63,372 nucleotides of DNA, filler included, from Octopus bimaculoides (GCF_001194135.2; 9 parts of 9 records of this genome joined end to end with filler, not necessarily neighbours in it); one strand, 5' to 3'. Shown: positions 1-11,969, counted from the first letter of the whole stretch. Program-made: numbers and translations. Notes: a model not told the origin generated them from the sequence alone.

Positions 1-104
1 ACCACCACCACCACCACCACCACCACAAAGACCGAAGAATGGATGAATAAAAATGCTCAGTAACATTTCATTTATATATCGAACCAACAGAAATACATTT
101 GTAG

Positions 105-243
105 TGACGTCATCTTGAGAGTCTTCAGCACGCATGCGCAGGGTTGGAATCTTCTGGAAGGCCTGCCGGAAGTTCCCTCATGCGCAGAAAACTGGCGGGA
201 AAAAAGTTCTCTCGCGTCCCTTGCGTCTCTGACGCGAGACGCA
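105..243. promoter_or_regulatory. CpG-rich housekeeping-type promoter motif cluster
   Basis: TGACGTCA (CRE) 105-112; CGCATGCGCA (NRF1-like) 131-140 and CATGCGCA 179-186; CCGGAAGT (ETS) 166-173; GGCGGGAAA (E2F) 194-202; TCTCGCG 210-216 and CGCGAGA 233-239 (halves of TCTCGCGAGA). Local CpG density is far above the rest of the window. Transcription direction not determined. Confidence 0.7.
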
Positions 244-1075
244 GCCGCTGAACCTTGCAGACGTGTTTATCAGCAGTTCGCCTACGCTCCTGTCCCGGAC
301 GCTTGTTATTTGACCAGCTCTGATTCTTACTGGAGTTTCTGTGAAGTTGTCGTCACAAAGTCTTATTAGCCTCAGCTTTGCTGCTTTTATACCAGGCCTG
401 TTTTCTAAATGTTCCAAGTTGTAATATCGACTTCATAAGAATGATTAACTCCAACTTTGCTGTTTTCTCACCAGACATGGTTACTGATTGTCCGAAGCTG
501 TACATTTTGTACATAGCAGAATAAAAGATTGTTTTATGTTCGGATGCTTTCTTGTTCTGATAATTTTGTTTCTTTAAACATTGATGTAAGGAATTGCGTA
601 GCACCCTTCCAGTGCTAACATAATTCAAACCTTCTTACACATTTTTTCCCCGGTTTATCGAGTCGGTTTCGCTTAACTGCATATATCGATGCATTAAAGC
701 GAAATATGCAATTCACTGAATTCGCATAGTAGGTGATACTACGTGATTTCAATATATTGTCTATAATAAGGTTTTGCCGTTATGTTACTATGTTGCACAT
801 GCATAGATTGTATAATAAAACAAGAGTAAAACTTTTAGCTACAGTACGTTTTGTGTATTAGATAATTGACTATGTTCCACCTAGTCCTAGCTATCGTTTT
901 TATTGCTACATATCAACATGACATCTGTTTGATTTATCTCTTTTGATATTATTCAATTACCCAGGCTAAAACAGATTCATGTATTTTCAACAACGGCTGC
1001 CATGTTATTTCGTTCATTTTCCATCAAACAATTGTGTTACATATGATTTACTTATGTTCCATCCAGTCCAAACTA

Positions 1076-1190
1076 TCTTCTTCTTCTTCTTCTTCTTCTT
1101 CTTCTTCTTCTTCTTCTTCTTCTTCTTCTTCTTCTTCTTCTTCTTCTTCTTCTTCTTCTTCTTCTTCTTCTTCTTCTTCTTCTTCTTCTT

Positions 1191-1220
<30 letters not shown>
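1076..1220 (+). repeat. Pure (TTC)n microsatellite, ~48 units
   Basis: Directly visible; followed by (ATT)n and a SINE. Confidence 0.98.
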
Positions 1221-1221
<1 letters not shown>

Positions 1222-1242
1222 TTATTATTATTATTATTATTA

Positions 1243-1442
1243 GCTAGCAGAAACGTTAGGACGCCGGGCGAAATGCTTAGCGGTATTTCGTCTGCCGCTG
1301 CGTTCTGAGTTCAAATTCCGCCGAGGTCGACTTTGCTTTTCATCCTTTCAGGGTCGATTAAATAAGTACCAGTTGCGCACTGGTGTCGATGTAGTCGATT
1401 TAACTCCCTCCCCCAAGCTGCCCTTCTGACAAAAATTTGAAA

Positions 1443-1445
<3 letters not shown>
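1243..1445 (+). mobile_element. tRNA-derived SINE, family A
   Basis: B-box GAGTTCAAATTCC, core GGTCGACTTTGCTTTTCATCCTTT, (ATT)n tail; homologous to ~10 other copies in the window. Confidence 0.9.
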
Positions 1446-1479
<34 letters not shown>

Positions 1480-1495
1480 CATTATTATTATTATT

Positions 1496-1836
1496 GGTGG
1501 CTGACGATATGTGCATCTCTGATCACGAGCAGAAGTAGTTGGGGAGCATCATAGCCATGTGTTGAGAGGAATATTTGAGGGTTTGGACAATTCACTTTTG
1601 GAAACATGAGTATTTTGTTCATCATCCTTAAACAACCCTTATTCAGGGACCTTTAGAGAGGGTTGGACTACTCGATCTGAAGGAAATTCTAACTGGGCCC
1701 CACCTGCTAGGTCATGTGCTGTTTATCTTGATATGAGATCACCATTTCGCGCACATATGGTTGCGATTCATTTGCCTGGTGTACCTTTAGCAAACGAGCA
1801 GTCATGATGGGTATATTTTACACCAGTGCCACTTTG
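1496..1836 (-). mobile_element. Unclassified interspersed repeat with (AAT)n tail
   Basis: 340-bp non-simple block bracketed by ATT/AAT tracts; resembles a common octopus repeat from recall only; no second copy in the window. Confidence 0.3.
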
Positions 1837-1879
<43 letters not shown>

Positions 1880-2055
1880 GGAACAAATAGGGGCTGCAAT
1901 ACAGGTGGAGCACTTGTAGAAAACAACACTGCTTGGAACCGCTCGAATACTCCGAATAAGGGGTTTTACTTTATTTAACTGGTAGCGAACAGCTGACACC
2001 GTAGTACATCTCCAGCGTTAGAAGCTGTGCAAAGGCAATGATGATGATGATGATG

Positions 2056-2105
<50 letters not shown>
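1880..2105 (+). mobile_element. 3' end of R4/Dong-like (RLE) LINE embedded in (AAT)n
   Basis: 1920-1958 translates KTTLLGTARILR, the typical RLE-LINE ORF C-terminus; short 3' UTR, then an (ATG)n(AAT)n tail; 5' flank is also (AAT)n. Confidence 0.7.
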
Positions 2106-2905
2106 TTCTTTTATTTACCACTAGGGCGAAGGATGAGGGGGGACAATACTACTGCTACTAATAATAATGATTATTATTATTTATGTATTGATATGACAAC
2201 CGTTTGACCTATTCCTTATGACGTGTCTCAATCTTCTTTGATATTTTTTAATTTGCTAAAGTTTAGTTAGATTTATATGTCTCGATATCGACTTTCACAC
2301 ACACACAGACACACACGCACACGCACACACAAATGCACACACAAATGCACACTGCTTTTGCTCAATAATTATAAAAGAATTCAGCTGCCTTATTTAACAC
2401 CTTGTCTGTCTCTGTGCATTACTCGTGACACACAGGACGTATTTCCCTGGCGTCCATTCATCATATATGATGCACATTCCCAATTATTTCCAACTACTTT
2501 GAGAGTGATATAAAGTTGATAGAAGCTATACGAAAGCCGGTCAAATTGAAAGCCCATAACTGATTTTAAGTGGTAAGCTAATTCGTGACATTTGTTGTAT
2601 CACCACCACGTTGTCCTCGTGTGCGTTTAATACCATCTGTTGGCCCTTGGATATCATTAGTGAAGTCCACTCTGTTACAGATATTGGTACCAGGGCTTGA
2701 TCTGAAGGCTAATCCATAAATTATATTTTCTCCTTCCATAGGATATATTTTCCTCTATCTCTAAATACTTGTAACATTTCTCGTCGAATATCAGGGAATT
2801 AGTCAGACAATTGATAAAGAGCTTGCTAGAGTGCCTCGCAGTTTCGTCACATTTTACAAAAAGGAAAATTCCATCGCCACCCCAGCACAAGATTGAAAAA
2901 AAGCT

Positions 2906-3188
2906 TTAACGTTGCCAGATGGATTCGAACATTGCATCTGCTGTGCTAATCATTACACCCAAGAAGATATCTGAATTTTGATCGTCTAAATGAAGAGACT
3001 TAATCTAAGTAGCTAAGATTATATACCAACGGCCTGTCAACAACGATTTCAATCTACACAGCATCAAGATATGATATTATATCTACTTATCTAATATACA
3101 AGAAAACTGAAAAGAAGTTGTAACATCGCCTGCAGAATTCGAACTCAATATATTGCATAGTATAGATACGCTAACCACTACACCAAAG
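2906..3188 (-). mobile_element. Two degenerate tRNA-like (SINE-head) relics
   Basis: 3122-3188 reverse strand: TGGTGTAGTGG (A-box-like) and GAGTTCGAATTC (B-box-like); weaker copy at 2906-2959; no cloverleaf. Confidence 0.4.
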
Positions 3189-4489
3189 TGAAATCACAAC
3201 ATTGACCAGCCAAATTAATAATCTTGTATATATATATATATATATATATATATNNNNNNNNNNNNNNNNNNNNNNNNNNNNNNNNNNNNNNNNNNNNNNN
3301 NNNNNNNNNNNNNNNNNNNNNNNNNNNNNNNNNNNNNNNNNNNNNNNNNNNNNNNNNNNNNNNNNNNNNNNNNNNNNNNNNNNNNNNNNNNNNNNNNNNN
3401 NNNNNNNNNNNNNNNNNNNNNNNNNNNNNNNNNNNNNNNNNNNNNNNNNNNNNNNNNNNNNNNNNNNNNNNNNNNNNNNNNNNNNNNNNNNNNNNNNNNN
3501 NNNNNNNNNNNNNNNNNNNNNNNNNNNNNNNNNNNNNNNNNNNNNNNNNNNNNNNNNNNNNNNNNNNNNNNNNNNNNNNNNNNNNNNNNNNNNNNNNNNN
3601 NNNNNNNNATATATATATATATATATATAGATGGATAGATAAATATGTATATACACATACATACAGGCTTACACACAAAGCATACTTAGAGACTTACATG
3701 AAAAATTTTCAACAAAAAATCGTCCTTACACAAGCACAACGTTTTACAAATACGATTCACACGCAAAATACGCAAACAGAGAAATCTCTAAATATACAAA
3801 GATATGATATGCATACACCATATAAAAGCCCCGAACTAAGTATTTGACAATTTTTCACACACACACACACACAAATACATACACTCTATACAAACACACG
3901 CACGCACATAGACGCATACGCGCATACATACAAACGCATGCAACTAGCGGGAAAAGTCTCTAACTACACACGGACATCATATATAGAATATAGACAACAT
4001 ATAGAAACACCGATCGAAGTGTTTGAAAACAATTTTTTTTGCACACAAACAGATACACATATACGCACATGCACAAACACACACACACATACACACACAC
4101 GTACAGACACACACTTAAACACACAAAAAGAACATGCACACAAACAAAAAATAAATCTCTCACGCCGCACAAGGACATGACATACACTCACAGAAAAAAC
4201 AGCAACAAAAAACAGCAAAAAAATCAATCTAGGTATTTGAAAACAATTTTTATGCAGATGATGAGAGAGAAAGAGAGAGAGAAAGAGAGGGAGGAGAACA
4301 TGGTTAATGTGACTAAAGTGTCTTCTATATCGATACACCAAACTTTGATAATATATATTTAACTAAACCAACCCAGCCATCAAACAAGGGTCTCATTGAA
4401 AGCATAGCGTTGTTATGATGGTGGCAGTCGTTGATGACCGCCATTTTTTTTTTTTGCTGTGTCTTCTTACTGTGGGTTTCACCATTACC

Positions 4490-4565
<76 letters not shown>

Positions 4566-4744
4566 GTTGTTGTTGTTGCTGTTATAAATTTACTCGTCGT
4601 CCCCAACCTCAAAGTTTTCTCCTTATCCCCGACCAATCTGTAAACTTAGCATGGTTGGACACTAATACACCTTTTATTTACTTACTTATTTATAATTTAT
4701 TTATTCATGTTTTTCTTTCTTTCTTTCTTTCTTTCTTCGTTCAT

Positions 4745-5010
4745 TGGTTGTTGTTATCGTCGTCGTCGTCGTCATCATCATAGTTATCGTCATCATCATC
4801 ATCATCGTCATCATCGACATCATCGCCATCGTCGTCATCGTCGTCACCTTTCGTCGTCGTTGTCTTCGTCGTAGCTGGCATGGTTGTCGACATGTTCGTT
4901 GTAGTCGTCGTCGCCATCATCATCATCATCATCATCATCAGCGTAGTCGTCGTCATCGTCGTCGTCATCATCATCATCACCGTCATTTTTTTTTTATTAG
5001 TTATTATTAG
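4745..5010 (+). repeat. Degenerate mixed trinucleotide tract (TCG/TCA/CGT)
   Basis: Directly visible; produces spurious poly-amino-acid ORFs. Confidence 0.9.
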
Positions 5011-5376
5011 TAGTATTAATATTAGTATTCCTTTATCTTGTATATACTTTTGTCAATAATGCCAGGGAAATAACATTCCGCTGATTCTATGAGTCTACTA
5101 ATTTGGTATAAGCTGTATTTGCTTGAGATCTTTTATGAAAACCTAATTGGACAAAAACCACGATAGAAATAATGCATTAGGTCTAAATCTGGTGAACGTT
5201 CCGGACAATTGCAGTCGCCAGTAGAAAGTAATAAACAAATAAATAAATATATCAACAGAAAAAAAGACGAGTGTAAAAAAAGATATATATATATAACACA
5301 TCGAGATTTCTCTCTCGTTTTCTTTCTTTATCTTTGTCTCATATATATGTACATATTTCTGTGTGTATATATGTTT

Positions 5377-5442
<66 letters not shown>

Positions 5443-5877
5443 GCACACGTATATACACACACATATATATATATATATGCACACATATGCACACACCTTT
5501 ATAGACATTTATACACATATATACAAACATACATACATACAGTAAACACACACACATACATACACACGCACATAACTGTATATATATATATATAAACGTG
5601 TCTGTGTATCTTTATACATGTGTGTAGGTATACACACACACACACACACATATATATAGATATATAATATATGCAGACACACACACACATAAATTTTTAC
5701 ACGCATATGTTCTCACACACATAAACACATGCATACATGCATACACACACACACACATATATATATATACACATATACACATACATGGATGTATATATTT
5801 ACATACATATATATAAAATCATATATGCATATATACATACATATACATGCATACATATATAAATTCACACATGCATA

Positions 5878-5943
<66 letters not shown>

Positions 5944-6283
5944 NNNNNNNNNNNNNNNNNNNNNNNNNNNNNNNNNNNNNNNNNNNNNNNNNNNNNNNNN
6001 NNNNNNNNNNNNNNNNNNNNNNNNNNNNNNNNNNNNNNNNNNNNNNNNNNNNNNNNNNNNNNNNNNNNNNNNNNNNNNNNNNNNNNNNNNNNNNNNNNNN
6101 NNNNNNNNNNNNNNNNNNNNNNNNNNNNNNNNNNNNNNNNNNNNNNNNNNNNNNNNNNNNNNNNNNNNNNNNNNNNNNNNNNNNNNNNNNNNNNNNNNNN
6201 NNNNNNNNNNNNNNNNNNNNNNNNNNNNNNNNNNNNNNNNNNNNNNNNNNNNNNNNNNNNNNNTTTTGTCTTTTTATTTATTA

Positions 6284-6365
<82 letters not shown>

Positions 6366-6819
6366 TTATTATTATTACTATTATTATTATTTTTTTACCG
6401 AGGATACAGCTAACGATTGTCCTCAAAGAAAAAGAAAGATGGCTGTCATAAAACTGGTAAAACAGATCAATTTTTTTTCGTGTTGTTGTCGGTAGGTATC
6501 ATAGTAATAATTCTGTTATCGAACGAATATTGCCCACTTACCACGAACCTATCAACACCATCATACCACCACCACCACCACCACTACTTCATACAGCTAG
6601 CCACAAGGGCATATTCTCTTCTGTTTACTCCTATTAGTTATCACCGGTCAACATTACGGTCATACGTTCGTTCCATTCTCTTCACTGCCATCAATGTTTT
6701 CTAGTCCAGTTCTCCCGTTTTTTGTAGCTCTTTTCGACAATATTTCTATATTATTTCTTCCTCCATCATTTTCCCAGCTATTTATCTTTCTACACATTCA
6801 TTTTTTCTTATTTGTTTTA

Positions 6820-6838
6820 TCTATATATCTGTCCATCC

Positions 6839-6876
<38 letters not shown>

Positions 6877-6897
6877 TTATATCTATCTATCTATCTA

Positions 6898-6984
<87 letters not shown>

Positions 6985-7050
6985 GTCTGTCTTTCTGGCT
7001 GTCGGCCTGTCTGCCTTCCTGCCTGCCTGCCTGTCTGCCAGCCTGCCTGC
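6820..7050 (+). repeat. (ATCT)n/(GTCT)n/(GCCT)n tetranucleotide array
   Basis: Directly visible, with a graded unit change ATCT>GTCT>GCCT. Confidence 0.95.
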
Positions 7051-7122
7051 CTTCCACGCTCAGCCTTCATCGCATCACTTTCATCACAGATTCTCTTCCT
7101 CTCCTTTTCGTTGTCCAATTTC

Positions 7123-7156
<34 letters not shown>

Positions 7157-7313
7157 TGCACACATTCTACGCAAAACACTTTCAATACAGTAAACATAAG
7201 AGCACCACAGCAAACCACAGCACATACCCAAGGCGCACAGAGCTGCGCTCGGTAGTGAAGTGAAAGTACGTTATAAAAATAAAACTACTGAATAATAATA
7301 ATAATAATAATAG

Positions 7314-7344
<31 letters not shown>

Positions 7345-7565
7345 CTACTAGTTCTACTAAGGGCATAAGGCCTGAAATTTTTGGGGAGGGGACTAGTCGA
7401 TTATATCGATCTCCAATGTTTCACGGGTACTTAATTTAGCGACCTCGAAAGGATGAATAGCAAAGTCGACCTCGGTGGAATTTGGACTCAGAACGTAGCG
7501 ACGGGCGAAATACCGCTAAGCATTTAGTCCCGCTTGCTAACGATTATGCCAGCTCGCTACCTTCA
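7345..7565 (-). mobile_element. SINE family A
   Basis: Reverse complement of the family A head and core; flanked on both sides by (AAT)n. Confidence 0.9.
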
Positions 7566-7573
7566 TAATAATG

Positions 7574-7622
<49 letters not shown>

Positions 7623-7639
7623 TAATAATGATGGTGATG

Positions 7640-7861
7640 ATTTCAAATTTTGCCACAAGGCCAGGCATTTTGGGGAGGGGATAAGTGATAAGTTGATTAC
7701 ATCATTCCTCAGTGTTTTACTGCTACTTAATTTATCGATCCCGAAAGGATGAAAAGCAAAGTCGACCTCGGCGGAATTTGAACCTCAGAACGTAGCGACG
7801 GGCGAAATACCGCTAAGCATTTCGTCCCGCTTGCTAGCAATTCTGTCAGCTCGCTGTCTTC

Positions 7862-7862
<1 letters not shown>
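7640..7862 (-). mobile_element. SINE family A (tandem with previous copy)
   Basis: Same family; shares the variant GTCCCGCTTGCTA with the 7345-7565 copy. Confidence 0.9.
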
Positions 7863-7909
<47 letters not shown>

Positions 7910-8449
7910 GCAGCAGCAGCAGCAGTGTCAACAACAAAAAACAACAACGACGACGACGACAACAAAAACAACAACTGCAGTAGCAGCAACAACAACAACA
8001 ACAATAATAATAATGTATCTACAATTTCTTCCTCGCAACTTCTCACCATATACACCTTCTGTTATAAGTCATTTAGCACCATCGTCAATGTGCCAAAATG
8101 TTAAACTTAGCTGCAAAAAACCTAGAATTAACATTCCTCATATTTATTTATTTATTTATTTATTTATTTTATTTATTTATTCATTTATTTTTATATATTT
8201 ATTTATTCGTTTGTTTATTTATTTATTTATTTCTATCTCTCTTTCGCTTTCTCTCCCCGCCAAAATAAATGCTCTCCTTCCTCAATAATGTCCACTTCCC
8301 CGCAACACAACATCTCCACGCCATTACGCCACGCCACGCCACACCGCACCACCCCGTACCACACAACACAACATAACACAACACCACACCATCATAAAAG
8401 AAAAAAAAGGATATATATACATATATGCATATATACATACATACATACT

Positions 8450-8487
<38 letters not shown>

Positions 8488-8607
8488 NNNNNNNNNNNNN
8501 NNNNNNNNNNNNNNNNNNNNNNNNNNNNNNNTTAATTAATTAANNNNNNNNNNNNNNNNNNNNNNNNNNNNNNNNNNNNNNNNNNNNATTATCTCCGCAT
8601 TTTCGTT

Positions 8608-8712
8608 CCTGAGGTTTCCCGAAGCACCTTTCATAGGTTTTTGAGTGAAAAGTTGAAATATCGGAAGGTGTCCGCAAGATGGGTCTCACGAACGCTCACA
8701 GAAGACCATAAG
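8608..8712 (+). pseudogene. Mariner transposase fragment
   Basis: Translates PEVSRSTFHRFLSEKLKYRKVSARWVSRTLTEDHK, matching the mariner K(V/L)xARWVPxxLT motif that follows the HTH; starts near a gap edge. Confidence 0.85.
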
Positions 8713-8782
8713 GTAGGATCATGGTAGGATTAGGTTAAACTAAAATTATAAACGTAAAATAAATAACTTTAATTTTAATATA

Positions 8783-8819
<37 letters not shown>

Positions 8820-8853
8820 CTAAACTGGCAATATGACCATCCCCAAGTACAAC

Positions 8854-8901
<48 letters not shown>

Positions 8902-8903
<2 letters not shown>

Positions 8904-9800
8904 TCTTTTATTCTTTTACTTGTTTCGGTCATATAACTGCAGTCATGCTGCAGCACCACTAAGGGGTTTTAGTCGAATAAATCGATCCCAGGACTTATTC
9001 TTTGTAAGCCTAGTACTTATTCTATCGATTTTTTTTTGCCGAGGTGCTACGTTACGGGGGCGTAAACTCACCAACATCGGTGAGCTGGTTTTTATATATA
9101 ATATACATGTTAGCATATATTATAATGTATTTAGGGATGATTATGGAATGTTTATTATTTTGATATTTTTAATAATTTTTCTATCTTATAAAATAAGTAT
9201 TTTATATAAATTCATTTGGTACTTATTGTTGGTTGATATATATATTTATTTATTATAATTATTGTTCTATTTAAGACCTGACGATTAGCTGTATTTTTTA
9301 ATAGAATTTATTTTCGATAATTTTAATTGATTTTAATCGATTTAAATTTCCTTTCTATTTGAAAATTAGTTATGAAACACGTGTAGTCATTTTATTATCT
9401 TTTTCTTACGATATTTACTTTGTATTATATTATACTCATTTATTGTGTTTTTAATTATTAATTTTTCTATATGTGATAGTGGATTTTCATCGACGAGTTC
9501 ATGAAACTTGGTTCTTTTCCCAAAAACTATATATTTATATATATATTAATCTGTAAATCTCAATTTAATTTTAATTTTTTATAAATTGATTTTAATTGAG
9601 TTTTTACCTGTAATTTTGGATTTTGTCCCTAATATTATATATATATATATATTATATATGATGGGATTCTTTCTGTTTTCGTATACCAAATCCACTCACA
9701 AGAATTTGGTAAGCTTGCGGTTATAGAAGAACGCACTATCCTAAGGTGCACTCGCAGTAGGACCGAACCCAAGACCACATTGTTAGGATGGAAGCTATTC
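8902..9800 (-). mobile_element. SINE family B split by a ~580-bp AT-rich insert
   Basis: Head and core at 9665-9800 and 3' half at 8902-9081, both on the minus strand and collinear with the intact copy at 29781-30193. Confidence 0.75.
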
Positions 9801-9970
9801 AATATACTCTTTATCGTCTATGATAGCAAAATTCGGTTTCATTCGCTGCTGTCTCTTGACAGTAGAACAACCAGCTCATTGGCTGGAAAGGTTTACTTAT
9901 TGGTTGTGGTTGTAATGATGGTGCTGGTACTGGTGATAGGGATGAGGATGGCTGTAGTATGATTAATATG

Positions 9971-10183
9971 ATTTCTATAAAAGGCAAAAGGGCAGAAATT
10001 TGAGGAAGGCGTTAGTCGATACCATCGACTCGAATACTTGATTGGTTCTTTACTTTATGGACCCCAAAAGGATGAAAGGTACCGTTGATCTCGGCTAGAT
10101 TTGAACTCAAAACGTAAAGAGAACGAAGAAATATCGCAAACTATTTATTGCATGCTCTAACGAATCTGCTTGTTCCACGCCTT
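9971..10183 (-). mobile_element. SINE family A, diverged
   Basis: AAAGGATGAAAGG...ATTTGAACTCA core on the reverse strand. Confidence 0.75.
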
Positions 10184-10336
10184 GAAGTGATAATTAACGA
10201 GTACAATTTATATCATACAATTTGTAACATAAAGTGTTGTCAAGAACGGGGTTTGTAACATAGTCATACGAGGTACAGTTTGTAACATGATTTGTTGTTA
10301 AGAAGAGAGATTGTAGTGTTAATACGATTGCAAATA

Positions 10337-10558
10337 AAGGCGACGAGCTGGCAGAATCAATGGTATGCCAGGCAAAATGCCTAGCGGTGTTTCTTCTGTC
10401 CTTACGTTCTGAGTTCAAATTTCGCCGGGGTCAACATTACCTTTTATCCTTTTGGAGGTTGATAAAATAAGTATCAGTCGAGCACTGGGGCGGGGTCGAT
10501 ATAATTTACTTATTCCACCCATGGAATTGCTGGCCTTGTGCCAAAATTTAAAACTAAT
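10337..10558 (+). mobile_element. SINE family A
   Basis: AAGGCGACGAGCTGGCAGAATC head, GAGTTCAAATT B-box, CCTTGTGCCAAAATTT tail. Confidence 0.88.
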
Positions 10559-10829
10559 ACTAGTGTAAATGATAGTGATGTTGCTGATGATAGTGGAACA
10601 GTTGCTCATATAGTAATTCCATTACGACCTGCTGACGTTTACTTTGGCTTTCATCCTTCCGAAGGTCGACTAAATGAGCATCGATTAAATTTTCGGGCTC
10701 GTTAGGCCAGAAGGTAAGGCGGTTTTCATAACGTATAAATACCCAAAAATATAATACGTCATCTCTAAACTGGACATCGATCAGTCGCAATGTTAACCCT
10801 AAGAAACTGCTAGTCGGTTGAGTTTTCTT

Positions 10830-10978
10830 TGTCTTTTTTCTGTTTGGAGTTGCGTGGACTAGAGCAACGTAAAACGAAGCGCTTTGCACAATACCTCAAC
10901 GCGCTATACGACTTAGAATCGTAAATAGACTCTTACACTCGTGAACCTAACACCCTAACCGTTGACCACGCGCCTTAA
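10830..10978 (-). mobile_element. SINE family D relic
   Basis: Reverse complement aligns by eye to the head at 41976 (GCGCGTGGTCAACGGTTAGGGTGTT...TTTTACGTTGCTCTAGTCCAC). Confidence 0.5.
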
Positions 10979-11969
10979 CGTCATTATCAAATTCAATAGA
11001 CGAGCAGAGAAATTGTCAACGGCCAGAATTAACCAGTTCAGTTAACGAACTATTGCTCTCATCTATAGTTGTGTGCGCAGATGAGATATTTCAGCTAGCG
11101 AGNNNNNNNNNNNNNNNNNNNNNNNNNNNNNNNNNNNNNNNNNNNNNNNNNNNNNNNNNNNNNNNNNNNNNNNNNNNNNNNNNNNNNNNNNNNNNNNNNN
11201 NNNNNNNNNNNNNNNNNNNNNNNNNNNNNNNNNNNNNNNNNNNNNNNNNNNNNNNNNNNNNNNNNNNNNNNNNNNNNNNNNNNNNNNNNNNNNNNNNNNN
11301 NNNNNNNNNNNNNNNNNNNNNNNNNNNNNNNNNNNNNNNNNNNNNNNNNNNNNNNNNNNNNNNNNNNNNNNNNNNNNNNNNNNNNNNNNNNNNNNNNNNN
11401 NNNNNNNNNNNNNNNNNNNNNNNNNNNNNNNNNNNNNNNNNNNNNNNNNNNNNNNNNNNNNNNNNNNNNNNNNNNNNNNNNNNNNNNNNNNNNNNNNNNN
11501 NNNNNNNNNNNNNNNNNNNNNAGACGAGCAGAGAAATTGTCAACGGCCAGAATTAACCAGTTCAGTTAACGAAGTATTGCTCTCATCTATAGTTGTGTGC
11601 GCAGATGAGATATTTCAGCTAGCGAGAAACTAATATGATTTATTGATCCGAGCAAGTCGACGGCCTTCCACACTGTTTGCATTTCCTCGAATTCACTCAC
11701 AAGGTTTGGATTTTCCCGAAGTTATAATAAAAGTCACATGCCTCTTATTTGTTATAAAATTAAAGAGGCTGTGGTGGTAGTATAATTTGTTCTCTTTTCT
11801 AAAAACTATCTATGCAGCATCTATTTCATACACCAAAGTTTACACAAATTATTCTCGATTTTATTTTCGATAAAACTACATTTGAGTCATTTTATATTGT
11901 TTTACGGAAGTAGAACTAGATAAATCTCTTTGTCTATTTTGTGGTTTTGTGTCAAAGTTTAAAAATCTT

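Noticed and set aside
353-628. Short ORFs overlapping the promoter region (115-369, 178-417, 353-628)
   Set aside because: Non-ATG starts, no recognisable domain; better explained as promoter/UTR sequence.
10998-11626. 105-bp direct repeat (10998-11102 / 11522-11626) resembling LTRs
   Set aside because: The copies flank a gap exactly and differ by one base; most likely an unmerged allelic contig overlap. No TG..CA ends.
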